Assembly: GCA_965195345.1 (NCBI GenBank)
Contig: OZ239628.1
Location: 160,001 to 224,000 of the forward strand
Length of the DNA stretch: 64,000 nt
Reading direction: 5' to 3'
Source: an uncultured Thiomicrospira sp.
Lineage (GTDB): Bacteria; Pseudomonadota; Gammaproteobacteria; CAKMZV01
Below, in pieces: positions 1-10,222 of this stretch. The notes below the pieces were generated by a model, which did not search any database, was not told the DNA's origin, and worked only from the letters and a program-made list of their open reading frames with translations. Both the position numbers and the translations under genes were made by a program. Numbering within the stretch: position 1 is the first letter of the stretch; each line of letters starts with the position of its first letter.

Positions 1-219
1 AACTAATTCGCATTTACCGACCTTAACCAATTTAAATCATCTCTTTTCTAAAGAATAAGATTGAGCTCGTGTATTCAAAAATTCAAAGGTTGGTAAAATA
101 CCCTCTATTTCAATAGTTAGTCGAAGAAAAGTATTATTGCTCATGTCAAAATGGATTCGATGTTAACTGCTTTGAAATGAATAGACATTCTCAATAATTA
201 TAGAAAACACATCAATAAT

Positions 220-2844
220 ATGCAAAACCCACGTAATTTAGCCAATAACACAAAAAATCAGCAATGGACAACGTCAAAAGTTCGGCAAAGTTTTCTTTCT
301 TTTTTCGAGAAAAATGGTCACACAATTGTTGAAAGTGGTTCTCTTATCCCTGCTGGAGATAAAAGTTTATTGTTTACAAACGCTGGGATGGTACCATTTA
401 AAGATGTTTTTCTTGGATTAGAAGCACGAAACTATAACCGAGCCACTACCTCGCAGCGTTGCGTGCGAGCTGGAGGGAAACACAATGACTTAGATAACGT
501 AGGTTATACGGCGCGGCATCACACTTTCTTTGAAATGCTTGGGAATTTCAGTTTTGGGGACTACTTTAAAGAACAAGCAATTTTGTACTGCTGGGAGTTT
601 CTGACCGAAGTTTTAAAACTGCCTCCTGAAAGATTATGGATTACTGTTTTTAAAGATGACTTAGAGACTGAACAAATATGGAAAAATAAAATTGGCATTG
701 ACCCTACTCGTTTTTCTCGCTGCGATGAGAAAGATAATTTTTGGTCGATGGGCAACACTGGACCTTGTGGACCTTGTAGTGAAGTTTTCTATGATCACGG
801 ACCTGAAGTTGCTGGAGGACCTCCCGGATCGCCCGAAGAAGACGGTGATCGATACGTTGAGGTTTGGAATCTTGTATTTATGCAGTACAACCGTTCTTCC
901 AACGGTTCTCTTTCCCCGCTACCAAAACCATCCGTTGACACTGGCATGGGATTAGAGCGGATAACTGCTGTGCTCGAACATGTATACAGTAACTATGATA
1001 TTGATTTGTTTCGGCATTTAATCGATTCGGCTCATGAAATAGCACCTGATGCCGACCGCAATGATCCTTCTTTCAAGGTAATTGCCGATCACATTCGTTC
1101 GTGTGCGTTCCTAATCACTGACGGTGTTACACCTTCCAATGATGGGCGCGGATATGTGTTACGCAGAATTTTACGTCGCGCAATCCGACACGGGCATAAG
1201 CTGGGCATCAAGAAAATATTTTTTCATCTCATGATTTCCCCTTTAGAACAAATAATGGGTAAGACTTATCCACAGTTAAGCCAACAGCAAGAAACACTGG
1301 AAAGGGTTATCCGTTCAGAAGAAGAACGCTTTCGAGAATCTTTAGATAATGGGTTACGAATTTTTGAACAAGAGATTGCTTCGCTAAAGGCAAATATTAT
1401 TTCTGGTGAGATACTCTTTAAACTATACGACACTTACGGATTTCCTGTAGACCTGACTGCCGACATTGCTCGTGAGAGGAATTTAAAGGTGGACCTTAAA
1501 GGATTTGAACAATGCATGGAAAAGCAGCGTGATAGAGCCCGCTTGGATAACCAGTTTGTCGGCACTGACACCAATATAACCATTGAAGCAAAAAGCGACT
1601 TCGTTGGCTACAGCTCCTTAGAGACTACCTCATCCATCGTACTATTGCTTCAGGACGATAAACACCTTACCCAACTTTGTAAAGGTGAAGAAAGTTTGAT
1701 CCTATTAGAGCAGACTCCTTTCTATGCAGAGTCTGGAGGGCAAGTAGGCGATGCAGGCACTATTGAAACAGCAAACGGCATTTTTCAAGTGCTCGACACA
1801 CGCAAAGTATCAAACAAACATCTATGCATAGGCAAAGTAGTAAAAGGCACAATCAATTTGGGAGATGCTTGCCATGCCCGCATCGATATGAAAAAACGCG
1901 AAGATATTACGCGTAATCACTCAACAACGCATTTATTACACGCCGCTCTGCGCAACGTACTCGGCGACCACGTACAACAGAAAGGATCGTTAGTTAATTC
2001 GAATCATCTCCGCTTTGATTTCTCTCACTTTAGCCCCTTAAGCAACGAAGAGTTAAAAAATATTGAATGGCAAGTTAATCAGCACATCCTAGCTAATCAT
2101 AACGTTCACACTGAAATAATGCCCTTAAGTGAAGCGCGGTTAAAAGGAGCCATGGCCTTGTTTGGAGAAAAATATGCTGAAGAAGTACGCGTTGTTAGCA
2201 TTGATGGCTTTTCCATTGAGTTGTGTGGCGGAACCCATGTCCCAGCAACTGGCAACATTGGCTACGTGAAAATAATCATGGAAACGGGCGTTTCAGCGGG
2301 TGTTCGTCGCATCGAGGCACTTTCAGGCGAACATGCTTGGAAGTGGATAAGCAAACGCATTGAATCGCAAAATGAATTAGCAAATAAACTCAATACGTCT
2401 TCTGATAAGCTCAATGAATATATTATCAATCAAAGTGAAAAAATAAAGTATTTAGAAAAACACGTTGAAACGTTGACGAGCAAACTCAATGCTAATCAAA
2501 GCAAAGACATCATCCATGACATTAAACAGGTTAAAGGAGTCAATATCCTTGTCAAGCGTCTCGACAATCAAAGACCTGAAAATCTTCGAGACTTAATGGA
2601 TAAATTAAAAGTGTCAATTGGGTCTGGAATTATTCTCCTCGCTTCAGTAAACGGGGAAAAAATCACACTTGTAAGCGGCGTAACTGCTGATTTAATTGAC
2701 AGATACCAAGCAAACGAATGGGTTGATTACGTTGCCTCTCAATTGGGTGGTAAAGGCGGGGGACAAGCGCACATGGCAATGGCAGGTGCTACAAACATTC
2801 CTCTGTTGGATGAAGTTTTAGCAAAATCCAGTGATTGGCTGTAA
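220..2844 (+). CDS. alaS: Alanine--tRNA ligase
   Basis: LLFTNAGMVPFK, RHHTFFEMLGNFSFGDYFK, editing-domain HSTTHLLH and ELCGGTHV, C-terminal GGKGGG. Confidence 0.99.
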   Translation: MQNPRNLANNTKNQQWTTSKVRQSFLSFFEKNGHTIVESGSLIPAGDKSLLFTNAGMVPFKDVFLGLEARNYNRATTSQRCVRAGGKHNDLDNVGYTARHHTFFEMLGNFSFGDYFKEQAILYCWEFLTEVLKLPPERLWITVFKDDLETEQIWKNKIGIDPTRFSRCDEKDNFWSMGNTGPCGPCSEVFYDHGPEVAGGPPGSPEEDGDRYVEVWNLVFMQYNRSSNGSLSPLPKPSVDTGMGLERITAVLEHVYSNYDIDLFRHLIDSAHEIAPDADRNDPSFKVIADHIRSCAFLITDGVTPSNDGRGYVLRRILRRAIRHGHKLGIKKIFFHLMISPLEQIMGKTYPQLSQQQETLERVIRSEEERFRESLDNGLRIFEQEIASLKANIISGEILFKLYDTYGFPVDLTADIARERNLKVDLKGFEQCMEKQRDRARLDNQFVGTDTNITIEAKSDFVGYSSLETTSSIVLLLQDDKHLTQLCKGEESLILLEQTPFYAESGGQVGDAGTIETANGIFQVLDTRKVSNKHLCIGKVVKGTINLGDACHARIDMKKREDITRNHSTTHLLHAALRNVLGDHVQQKGSLVNSNHLRFDFSHFSPLSNEELKNIEWQVNQHILANHNVHTEIMPLSEARLKGAMALFGEKYAEEVRVVSIDGFSIELCGGTHVPATGNIGYVKIIMETGVSAGVRRIEALSGEHAWKWISKRIESQNELANKLNTSSDKLNEYIINQSEKIKYLEKHVETLTSKLNANQSKDIIHDIKQVKGVNILVKRLDNQRPENLRDLMDKLKVSIGSGIILLASVNGEKITLVSGVTADLIDRYQANEWVDYVASQLGGKGGGQAHMAMAGATNIPLLDEVLAKSSDWL

Positions 2845-2897
2845 GGTACCGCTCTTCCAAATAAAAAATACCTGTCTTTTGGGAATGGACAAAGAAA

Positions 2898-3635
2898 TTA
2901 TTTTTGCGTATAAAAAGAAGCAAATAGACGGTTGTAGTACCAACAAAATGTATTTTTAAAATTTGCTTCTTCAAGACGACACAAATGTTGCTCACAACTT
3001 TCAGTAACTAACACATCTTCCAAAGCCTTTCTTTTTCGACTAATCTCCAAGTCACTATAGCCTTGGTGCTGTTTAAATTTAGTATAGATTGACTCCAATA
3101 CACTTTGGGCTGAAGCCACTGGGTGGCGTGTTTTCTCAGAAAGGATAAAAACACCCCCTTTTTTCAACCCAGCATAGATTCTTTTGATTAAATCCAACCG
3201 CTTGGCAATAGGCAGAAATTGTAATGTGAAATTCAACAGCACAACATCGGCATCCTTAATAACTACGCTCTCAATATCCTTTTCAACAAAATGCAAGTCA
3301 TGGTCAACTTGTATAGATGCTAAATTTGCTTTGCAACGTTCAAGCATGGCGTGCGATGTATCAACCGCATAAAACCGATGCTTGCCCGGCAAATGCGACA
3401 AAATCATCGTTGACAGTGTCCCCGTTGCACACCCCAGATCATATATTTTCAACCCTCGATCTTTTTCAGTCAACGGCATACACAAATCTATAGTACCAAG
3501 CGCAATATCCATATAACCTGGAATGGACCTCAGCACCATATCATCAAAAAAACGAGCAACGTTTTCATCAAATCGAAAACGCTCAGGAATGATTTCGTTA
3601 AATAATTCGTCTCTTTCCCTTAACTGTTTCTTCAC
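2898..3635 (-). CDS. cmoA: Carboxy-S-adenosyl-L-methionine synthase
   Basis: FRFDENVARFFDDMVLRSIPGY, YDLGCATG, NFTLQFL, GYSDLEISRKRKALEDV. Confidence 0.95.
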   Translation of the reverse strand: MKKQLRERDELFNEIIPERFRFDENVARFFDDMVLRSIPGYMDIALGTIDLCMPLTEKDRGLKIYDLGCATGTLSTMILSHLPGKHRFYAVDTSHAMLERCKANLASIQVDHDLHFVEKDIESVVIKDADVVLLNFTLQFLPIAKRLDLIKRIYAGLKKGGVFILSEKTRHPVASAQSVLESIYTKFKQHQGYSDLEISRKRKALEDVLVTESCEQHLCRLEEANFKNTFCWYYNRLFASFYTQK

Positions 3636-4054
3636 TCCAAGTTTGGCTCCAAATCTTCCACCACTAATCTGCCATAGTAACGTATATCGTGCGCAGAGTT
3701 GTCTTTAAGAATTTGACCGACCGCATAGCGCTCTTCTTCTGTTTCGACTGGAGCACTAACGAGTACATGCCCTTTCCCGAGTTCGATACGAATTAGATCA
3801 AACAGCTTCTTTTCACTTCCATTGGCAAAATTTTGCCAAGTGCGCACTAATTTTCCCCAAACTCCGTGATGTTCTCCATCGGGGTCAAGAAAATGCAATC
3901 CATCTTCGCCAAATGATTCATCAATATCATCATCATCGAAGCCTGTAGCCCTTAATGCACTCACTGCTTTATCAGCATTAACTCGTGCATCAAAAAATCC
4001 CACCACTCGATTTGTAGGATAGACTGAAAAATGCGCATCATCATGTTTTAACAT
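3632..4054 (-). CDS. Conserved hypothetical protein (general-stress-protein-like fold possible)
   Basis: GGAGG RBS before ATG at 4054; VVGFFD...AVSALRATGF pattern; stop overlaps the cmoA start. Confidence 0.75.
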   Translation of the reverse strand: MLKHDDAHFSVYPTNRVVGFFDARVNADKAVSALRATGFDDDDIDESFGEDGLHFLDPDGEHHGVWGKLVRTWQNFANGSEKKLFDLIRIELGKGHVLVSAPVETEEERYAVGQILKDNSAHDIRYYGRLVVEDLEPNLE

Positions 4055-4145
4055 ATACACCTCCATTTATTAAAAATTCATATCATCGGCTAAAGATACA
4101 TTTATAGAGTATCGCTGTTACCGTAAAAAAGCAAGTTTTCTTTCG

Positions 4146-5771
4146 CTATCGCCCGTAGAAATTGATTGTCCATCCGTTCAATATGTTGGTAGAAGGTGTT
4201 CCATTATTAGAGGGCGTTCTATCAGATATATTAAGTATCCAACTACCTATCACAGGCTCCATAAAATGAACATTCGAAGTAAATGTAAAGTTCGCGAGAT
4301 TCTGATTTAACATCCCTGCAACGGACCTCGCATGCGTTTCGGTAATAATAGAAGTGGATATTGAACTTCCTTGCTCATGAATGAGCTCAATAGTCAGATC
4401 AGTCCAATTCGCATGCGGTGAATTTATCACAAGCTCGAGTTGCTCTATCTGAGAAATATTTGAACTTGTAATATTTATCATTGATGCAACTCCTATGATG
4501 TCATTATCTGGAATCACTAGGCTGTCCGTTGCCGTTGCCGTTGCCGACAATAAGTTACCCGAAACATTCACCCACGTACGTGCTAAAGAAGTTGCCGCCG
4601 CCGCATCAATCCGTCCAAACCCAAAATTATGATTGAATCTAATTCCTGCAATATTCGTAAACCATCCTGAGTCAGAAGGCGATGTTTCAATCGCGCTTCT
4701 TGCTAAGATCTCACGTACATCACGCCACGTCAACATAGGATTACTCTGTAGAACTTGAGCAATCACTCCGGAAGCGATAGGCGTTGACGCTGATGTTCCA
4801 ATGAAGCATCTGGTGTAGTCAATATTGCCAAACTCAAAAAGATTAGTTCCTCTGTTGAACCCGAGTGTCCCAAGAATATCAATAGTCGAAATGAGAATGT
4901 CGCTAGCGTCCCCACAATTATTGATACGTGCATTGCCTCCTGGAGCGCTGACCCATAAGTTAGCTCCCCGCTCAGAAAAGTTAGAACGCAAACCCTGCCT
5001 GTCCAAAGAACCTATAGCTAACACACCTTTATAATTCGCAAATCCATCGTAATTGCTATTATCAGAACCTAAAGCACCATTACCTGCCGCCCACGTATAA
5101 ATCGTTCCCAAGCCCCCTCTTCCTCGGCTTAGCCCATCTTCAATTAAACCAGAAAATCCAGAGCTTGCAGGATTAAGTAGTCCATCATCAGGCGGTCCCC
5201 AACTATTATTAGAAACAGCGACCTCGCTAATATTTCTTGTCATTGAAAGAAACAAATTTTGATCTGTCTGATTGTCAATAAAGTTATACGACTGTATGTT
5301 TGCATCGGAGGCAACGCCATTAACCCCAAAAAGATTATTTTCTGCTCCAATTAACCCCGCAACTGATGTTGCATGTGATCCAGCATTTGTTATAAAGGGT
5401 TGAACACCTTCAACATCTCTTGTAAGATCAAAATGCCCGTTGCCTGCAGTATTGTTAATAATATCGCAATGCCCCACCTGCACTGACACATCAACGACTC
5501 GAACAACCACTCCTACTCCCGTACACGCCCCAGCCCCGCAAATACTACTTGAAGCATTAACGCCAGCGTTCGAGTCCAAATGCCATTGCCGTGACACATA
5601 ATTGGGAGCACTATACGTAGAACAAAATTCTAAATTTCTTGTATTTGCCACCGAGTCTATGCTATCCGTGCCACTGGTGTCACCACCTATGCCCGAAGAC
5701 CCAGACCCTCCTCCACAAGCTCCAATGAGTAACAGCAAGAACATTAAAACAAAAAGCCTTGAAATATTCAT
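4146..5771 (-). CDS. S8 (kexin/furin-like) serine protease lipoprotein with C-terminal P-domain
   Basis: Lipobox LIGA-C followed by a Gly/Ser linker; catalytic D (VVD), H (HATSVAG), oxyanion N (AAGNG), S (GTSAS); LTWRDVR and NHNFGFG; P-domain IPDN...GSWILNISD...LNGWTINFYG. Confidence 0.92.
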   Translation of the reverse strand: MNISRLFVLMFLLLLIGACGGGSGSSGIGGDTSGTDSIDSVANTRNLEFCSTYSAPNYVSRQWHLDSNAGVNASSSICGAGACTGVGVVVRVVDVSVQVGHCDIINNTAGNGHFDLTRDVEGVQPFITNAGSHATSVAGLIGAENNLFGVNGVASDANIQSYNFIDNQTDQNLFLSMTRNISEVAVSNNSWGPPDDGLLNPASSGFSGLIEDGLSRGRGGLGTIYTWAAGNGALGSDNSNYDGFANYKGVLAIGSLDRQGLRSNFSERGANLWVSAPGGNARINNCGDASDILISTIDILGTLGFNRGTNLFEFGNIDYTRCFIGTSASTPIASGVIAQVLQSNPMLTWRDVREILARSAIETSPSDSGWFTNIAGIRFNHNFGFGRIDAAAATSLARTWVNVSGNLLSATATATDSLVIPDNDIIGVASMINITSSNISQIEQLELVINSPHANWTDLTIELIHEQGSSISTSIITETHARSVAGMLNQNLANFTFTSNVHFMEPVIGSWILNISDRTPSNNGTPSTNILNGWTINFYGR

Positions 5772-5902
5772 ATTGGTAATTATATTGAATTTGAGAGGTT
5801 ATTTATTCATGATGTTGAGAAACATACGAAATTAAATGCTTTCTCTATTAGCGAAGTACGCTCACTTAAAAGAAAAAAGATTGTTTAAAAACAGGAAAAA
5901 TA

Positions 5903-8473
5903 ATGGAAAAATTTACAACAACCGTGCAAAAAGCCTTGATGGATGCTCAATCATTGGCGAATCAACAAGACCATGCCTATATTGAAGCAGCTCACCTATT
6001 GACGACTCTTTTGCATAATGAAAATGGCGTTAAGAATTTAGTCACACTTGCCCAAGGAAATATTGATGCACTTAACCAAGAACTCAAAGGAATCATGCTT
6101 AAGTTTGCAAAAGTATCGGGTAACGCGGTGCAATTACAAATCAGCAGCTCTCTAAAAAGCATTCTATTAAATGCTGAAAAGCTCAGTAAAAAGGCTGGTG
6201 ACCAGTATCTATCTAGCGAATGGATACTATTGTCCATGCTTCATTCAAACGATTCGGTAAGTACTGCTTTGAAAGAAGCAGGATTGAGTGAAAAAAACCT
6301 AAAAAACTCCATTGAAAATATACGTGGATCAAAAACAGTGGATGATCCTGCATCAGAAAGTCAACGCGACGCTTTGGAGAAATATACCATTGACATGACC
6401 AATCGTGCAAAAGAAGGAAAACTAGATCCTGTAATAGGTCGTGATGATGAAATTCGACGAACCATCCAAGTGTTACAACGACGTACAAAAAACAATCCTG
6501 TGCTCATCGGTGAACCTGGCGTTGGTAAGACCGCTATCGTTGAAGGACTAGCTCAACGTATTGTGAATAACGAAGTCCCCGAAGGGCTGCGCAATAAGAA
6601 GCTATTGTCGCTTGACTTAGGCGCGCTTTTAGCTGGAGCAAAATACCGTGGAGAATTTGAGGAGCGCTTAAAAGCAGTGCTCAAAGACATTCAAGAAGAT
6701 GATGGGCAAATTATTCTTTTTATCGATGAGCTACACACCATGGTCAATGCTGGTAAAGCGGAAGGAGCTATGGACGCAGGAAACATGCTTAAACCCGCAC
6801 TAGCACGTGGTGAGCTGCATTGTATTGGCGCAACGACATTAGATGAATATCGTCAATACATCGAAAAAGATGCAGCACTCGAGCGACGCTTTCAAAAAGT
6901 ATTGGTTGATGAACCTGATACTGAAGATACTATCGCAATTTTACGAGGATTAAAACAACGCTATGAAGTACACCATGGAGTACAAATTACTGATCCTGCT
7001 ATTATTGCAGCAGTTACATTATCGCAACGATACATAGCCGATCGATTTTTACCCGATAAAGCCATTGATTTGATTGATGAGGCTGCGGCTCGATTGCGTA
7101 TTGAAATCGACTCAAAACCAGAAGAAATGGATCGACTACAACGCCAAATAATTCAATTAAAAATAGAAGAGCAAGCCTTAAGTAAGGAGAATGATAGTGC
7201 TTCAAGAAAGCGATTGAAAGAAATCACTCAACGCATTGGTGAGATGGAAAAAAACTATGCCCACCTTGACGAAAAATTGAAATCAGAAAAAGCATTCCTT
7301 GAAAGCGCTAAAAACACAAAAGAGTCCTTAGAAAAGGCACGAATTTCTCTTGAAAAAGCGCAAAGAAACAACGATTACGGAAAAGCTTCTGAACTTATGT
7401 ATGGGACAATTCCTGCATTGGAAAAGCAACTAGAATCTGAAGAAAAGAACGACACAAGCACACTAGAACTGCTTAGCCGTGAGGTAACGGAAGATGCCAT
7501 TGCAGAAATAATAGAGCGTTCGACAGGCATTCCAATTCAACGATTAGTAGCGCCTGAGCAAGAGAAGCTTTTACAGATGGAAAGCTATTTGAAAAAATAT
7601 GTTGTTGGTCAAGAAAAAGCCATCCAAGCAGTATCAAATGCTGTGCGACGCGCTAGGGCTGGATTATCTGACCCGAATAGACCAAATGGCTCATTTTTGT
7701 TTTTAGGCCCCACTGGTGTGGGAAAAACGGAGTTAACCAAAGCCCTCGCTATGTATCTGTTTAATTCTCGTGATACTATGGTTCGCATTGATATGTCAGA
7801 GTTTATGGAAAAACATTCCATTGCACGTCTTATAGGCGCACCCCCTGGCTATATTGGTTTTGAAGAAGGCGGATTTCTTACAGAAACCGTGCGTCGAAAA
7901 CCCTATTCTGTTATTTTGTTTGATGAGATTGAAAAGGCGCATCCCGATGTGTTTAACTTGCTTTTACAAGTGCTTGATGATGGACGATTAACCGATGGAC
8001 ACGGCAGAACAGTTAATTTCAAAAATACTGTGATTATTATGACATCAAACCTTGGCACTGAAAGCACCCAAGAGGCAAACCCTACAGATCTAAAGGGTAT
8101 TGAAGATCGCGTGATGGAAACGGTACGTCAATTTTTCCGCCCAGAGTTTATCAATCGAATTGATGATGCGGTTGTATTCCACAGACTTAAACGTGAAGAC
8201 ATTCGCAAAATAGCGGCATTGCAAATTGATGCTTTGTCTGAACGATTAGAAGCGCAGAATATGTTTTTAAAAGTTGATGATTCAGTTCTGGACCATTTAG
8301 CAGAGAAAGGATATGACTCCGTTTATGGAGCAAGGCCGTTAAAAAGGGTTATTCAAAATGAACTTGAGAATGCGCTTGCAGAAAAAATTCTTGAAGCCTC
8401 TGTTTCTCCTTCTGAAACCATTCATGTATCCTTTGACGAGAAAGATATGCGAATTCTTATAACGACTGGTTAA
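5903..8473 (+). CDS. clpB: ATP-dependent chaperone ClpB
   Basis: Two AAA+ modules ([16 protein letters not shown]), coiled-coil middle domain, 856 aa. Confidence 0.98.
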   Translation: MEKFTTTVQKALMDAQSLANQQDHAYIEAAHLLTTLLHNENGVKNLVTLAQGNIDALNQELKGIMLKFAKVSGNAVQLQISSSLKSILLNAEKLSKKAGDQYLSSEWILLSMLHSNDSVSTALKEAGLSEKNLKNSIENIRGSKTVDDPASESQRDALEKYTIDMTNRAKEGKLDPVIGRDDEIRRTIQVLQRRTKNNPVLIGEPGVGKTAIVEGLAQRIVNNEVPEGLRNKKLLSLDLGALLAGAKYRGEFEERLKAVLKDIQEDDGQIILFIDELHTMVNAGKAEGAMDAGNMLKPALARGELHCIGATTLDEYRQYIEKDAALERRFQKVLVDEPDTEDTIAILRGLKQRYEVHHGVQITDPAIIAAVTLSQRYIADRFLPDKAIDLIDEAAARLRIEIDSKPEEMDRLQRQIIQLKIEEQALSKENDSASRKRLKEITQRIGEMEKNYAHLDEKLKSEKAFLESAKNTKESLEKARISLEKAQRNNDYGKASELMYGTIPALEKQLESEEKNDTSTLELLSREVTEDAIAEIIERSTGIPIQRLVAPEQEKLLQMESYLKKYVVGQEKAIQAVSNAVRRARAGLSDPNRPNGSFLFLGPTGVGKTELTKALAMYLFNSRDTMVRIDMSEFMEKHSIARLIGAPPGYIGFEEGGFLTETVRRKPYSVILFDEIEKAHPDVFNLLLQVLDDGRLTDGHGRTVNFKNTVIIMTSNLGTESTQEANPTDLKGIEDRVMETVRQFFRPEFINRIDDAVVFHRLKREDIRKIAALQIDALSERLEAQNMFLKVDDSVLDHLAEKGYDSVYGARPLKRVIQNELENALAEKILEASVSPSETIHVSFDEKDMRILITTG

Positions 8474-8527
8474 GCATTTCTGCTGAGTTTGCTGCGGTGA
8501 TATAGTCTGGCAGTGTACAATAACATT

Positions 8528-8628
8528 GTGGTGCTGACCCTTTACGATGATAGTCTGTAAACCCCGCCAGGTTCGAAAGAAAGCAACGGTAGCAGGCAAA
8601 CCATGCGCTAAAGTTCAGTTGGCATCAC
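8528..8628 (+). ncRNA. ffs: Signal recognition particle (4.5S) RNA
   Basis: Helix-8 signature CCGCCAGGTTCGAAAGAAAGCAACGG (CAGG/AGCA loop, GNRA tetraloop); terminal stem GTGGTGCTGAC pairs with GTTGGCATCAC; about 100 nt. Confidence 0.92.
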
Positions 8629-8644
8629 TTTTATTAGGGGGGAC

Positions 8645-9268
8645 ATGCAAACACTTCAGTTATTCCATTTTTGCATTCTATGCGATAAACCATGCGCCGA
8701 GCTTGACTTGTGCGACGATTGCTCTGCGAGCTTACCGTGGGCAACATACCTAATTTCGCCTCCTCCACCTGGAATTAATGAGCTACAGCCTCTTTTTTTC
8801 ATGCAAGAGCCTATCAATAAATGGATTCACCAACTCAAATATAACCGTCGTCTAATGTTTGCGCGTTTGATGGCTCAATTGATGTTGCGTGAGTTAACGG
8901 TTAATCCTGCGGTAGAGGCGATTGCGGCGATACCCTTGCATCCCGATAGAATAAGACATAGAGGCTTCAATCAAGCATTAGAAATATCAAAAATCATAAC
9001 TAAATCTTTAGAAATAGTGCCCTTAGATAATCAGCTTGAACGGGTAAAAAACACCCTTCCTCAAGTAAGCCTCAAATCAAAGTTACGTAAAAAAAATATG
9101 TCTGACGCTTTTAAAAGCAACTTAGACAACGACTTGTCTGGTCTTATTCTCATCGACGATGTAACAACCACTGGATCAACCGCTTCTTCTTTAGCACACT
9201 GTATTCGTAAAGAGAACCCCGGAATCTACTTGCAACTTTGGACAATCGCACATTCCGACTCTGGTTAA
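8645..9268 (+). CDS. comF: ComF/GntX family phosphoribosyltransferase-like protein
   Basis: N-terminal CxxC...CxxC, IPLH, RGFNQA, LIDDVTTTGST. Confidence 0.93.
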   Translation: MQTLQLFHFCILCDKPCAELDLCDDCSASLPWATYLISPPPPGINELQPLFFMQEPINKWIHQLKYNRRLMFARLMAQLMLRELTVNPAVEAIAAIPLHPDRIRHRGFNQALEISKIITKSLEIVPLDNQLERVKNTLPQVSLKSKLRKKNMSDAFKSNLDNDLSGLILIDDVTTTGSTASSLAHCIRKENPGIYLQLWTIAHSDSG

Positions 9269-9306
9269 ATTAGCAAGCGTTGCAAAAATTCTTAATTGAT
9301 TTTAAG

Positions 9307-10221
9307 CTACTTAAATTGAGATACGTTATATTGTAGTTTCCCTGTCAATGGGTTGATACGCGCTTCGGTATAGTTGTTTATGTCACCCTTCCCATCACCT
9401 ACCAATTGAGAAGGACATTCTTTCCCATCCAATCCACATCGATAATTATGAGCTTCTGGGCGGGGGTCACAAAAAAACCCATCCTTATTTCGCGTTGCTT
9501 CATTTATTTCGAGTAGCAACTGTGCATTAAAAAAAGTATCTTCATCCAACTCTAATCCAGATTCTTTTGTATACTCAGCGAGCATCAATATATATCCAGT
9601 AATTCCCATATAACCAGCGTCCCCGATATCTGGATGATTAGGTCTGAAAAATGGCATCGCTCGACGAATATAGTCAAACATTGTTAATGCATACGGCCAA
9701 TAATTTGATACCGTTTTAATGGGCATTGGCCCGCCATCATCGCTCAAATTCAAATCACCTCCTGTAAGGGGGAGATAATGCCCATTGCCTTCTCCAAACT
9801 CACCATGACATTCACTACAGTATTTTAAATAAAGTTTTTCTCCATCCCTAATCTTCATCCCTACGTTAGGGCCTGGCAATCCACTACCATCTCCTAACAC
9901 ATCAATATTCCAAGGTTCAATGGCTGCTTCAACAATTGGCTTGCCAAATCCGTAACTGTTGTGTTCGCTGCTCCATTCTTTTTTCACTGACTGATGCACT
10001 TCGATAAATGCAGGTGGCACTCGACACTGTCTCGAATGTTTTTCTCCAGCAACTTCTGCGGAATAGGGGTTATTCGAATCAGCTTTTTCTTGGCGTGTGT
10101 CTTTATTTTTACTCGGATGTAGATAGGCTCCTTCAGGGACTTCCTCGCTAAAACTAGGCACTGCCATAAAAATAGTACAGGTCAATACCAACAATCTACC
10201 AAAAAGGAAATTAAATCGCAT
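9307..10221 (-). CDS. soxD: SoxD-like c-type cytochrome (single CxxCH)
   Basis: YGFGKP...WNIDV..DGSGLP, CSECHG, NYWPYALTMFDYIRRAMP, NKDGFFCDPRP; ATG lies 1 nt after the soxC stop (the ORF track start at 10296 is probably too long). Confidence 0.85.
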   Translation of the reverse strand: MRFNFLFGRLLVLTCTIFMAVPSFSEEVPEGAYLHPSKNKDTRQEKADSNNPYSAEVAGEKHSRQCRVPPAFIEVHQSVKKEWSSEHNSYGFGKPIVEAAIEPWNIDVLGDGSGLPGPNVGMKIRDGEKLYLKYCSECHGEFGEGNGHYLPLTGGDLNLSDDGGPMPIKTVSNYWPYALTMFDYIRRAMPFFRPNHPDIGDAGYMGITGYILMLAEYTKESGLELDEDTFFNAQLLLEINEATRNKDGFFCDPRPEAHNYRCGLDGKECPSQLVGDGKGDINNYTEARINPLTGKLQYNVSQFK

Positions 10222-10222
10222 A

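Noticed and set aside
1-219. Short minus-strand ORF and a possible gene start at the left edge
   Set aside because: Too short to support, with no recognisable motif
5772-5902. CIRCE or sigma-32 promoter for clpB
   Set aside because: No CIRCE inverted repeat and no CCCCAT -10 element found
8339-8753. ORFs 8547..8753 (+) and 8339..8599 (-)
   Set aside because: They overlap the SRP RNA, clpB or comF and show no protein motifs
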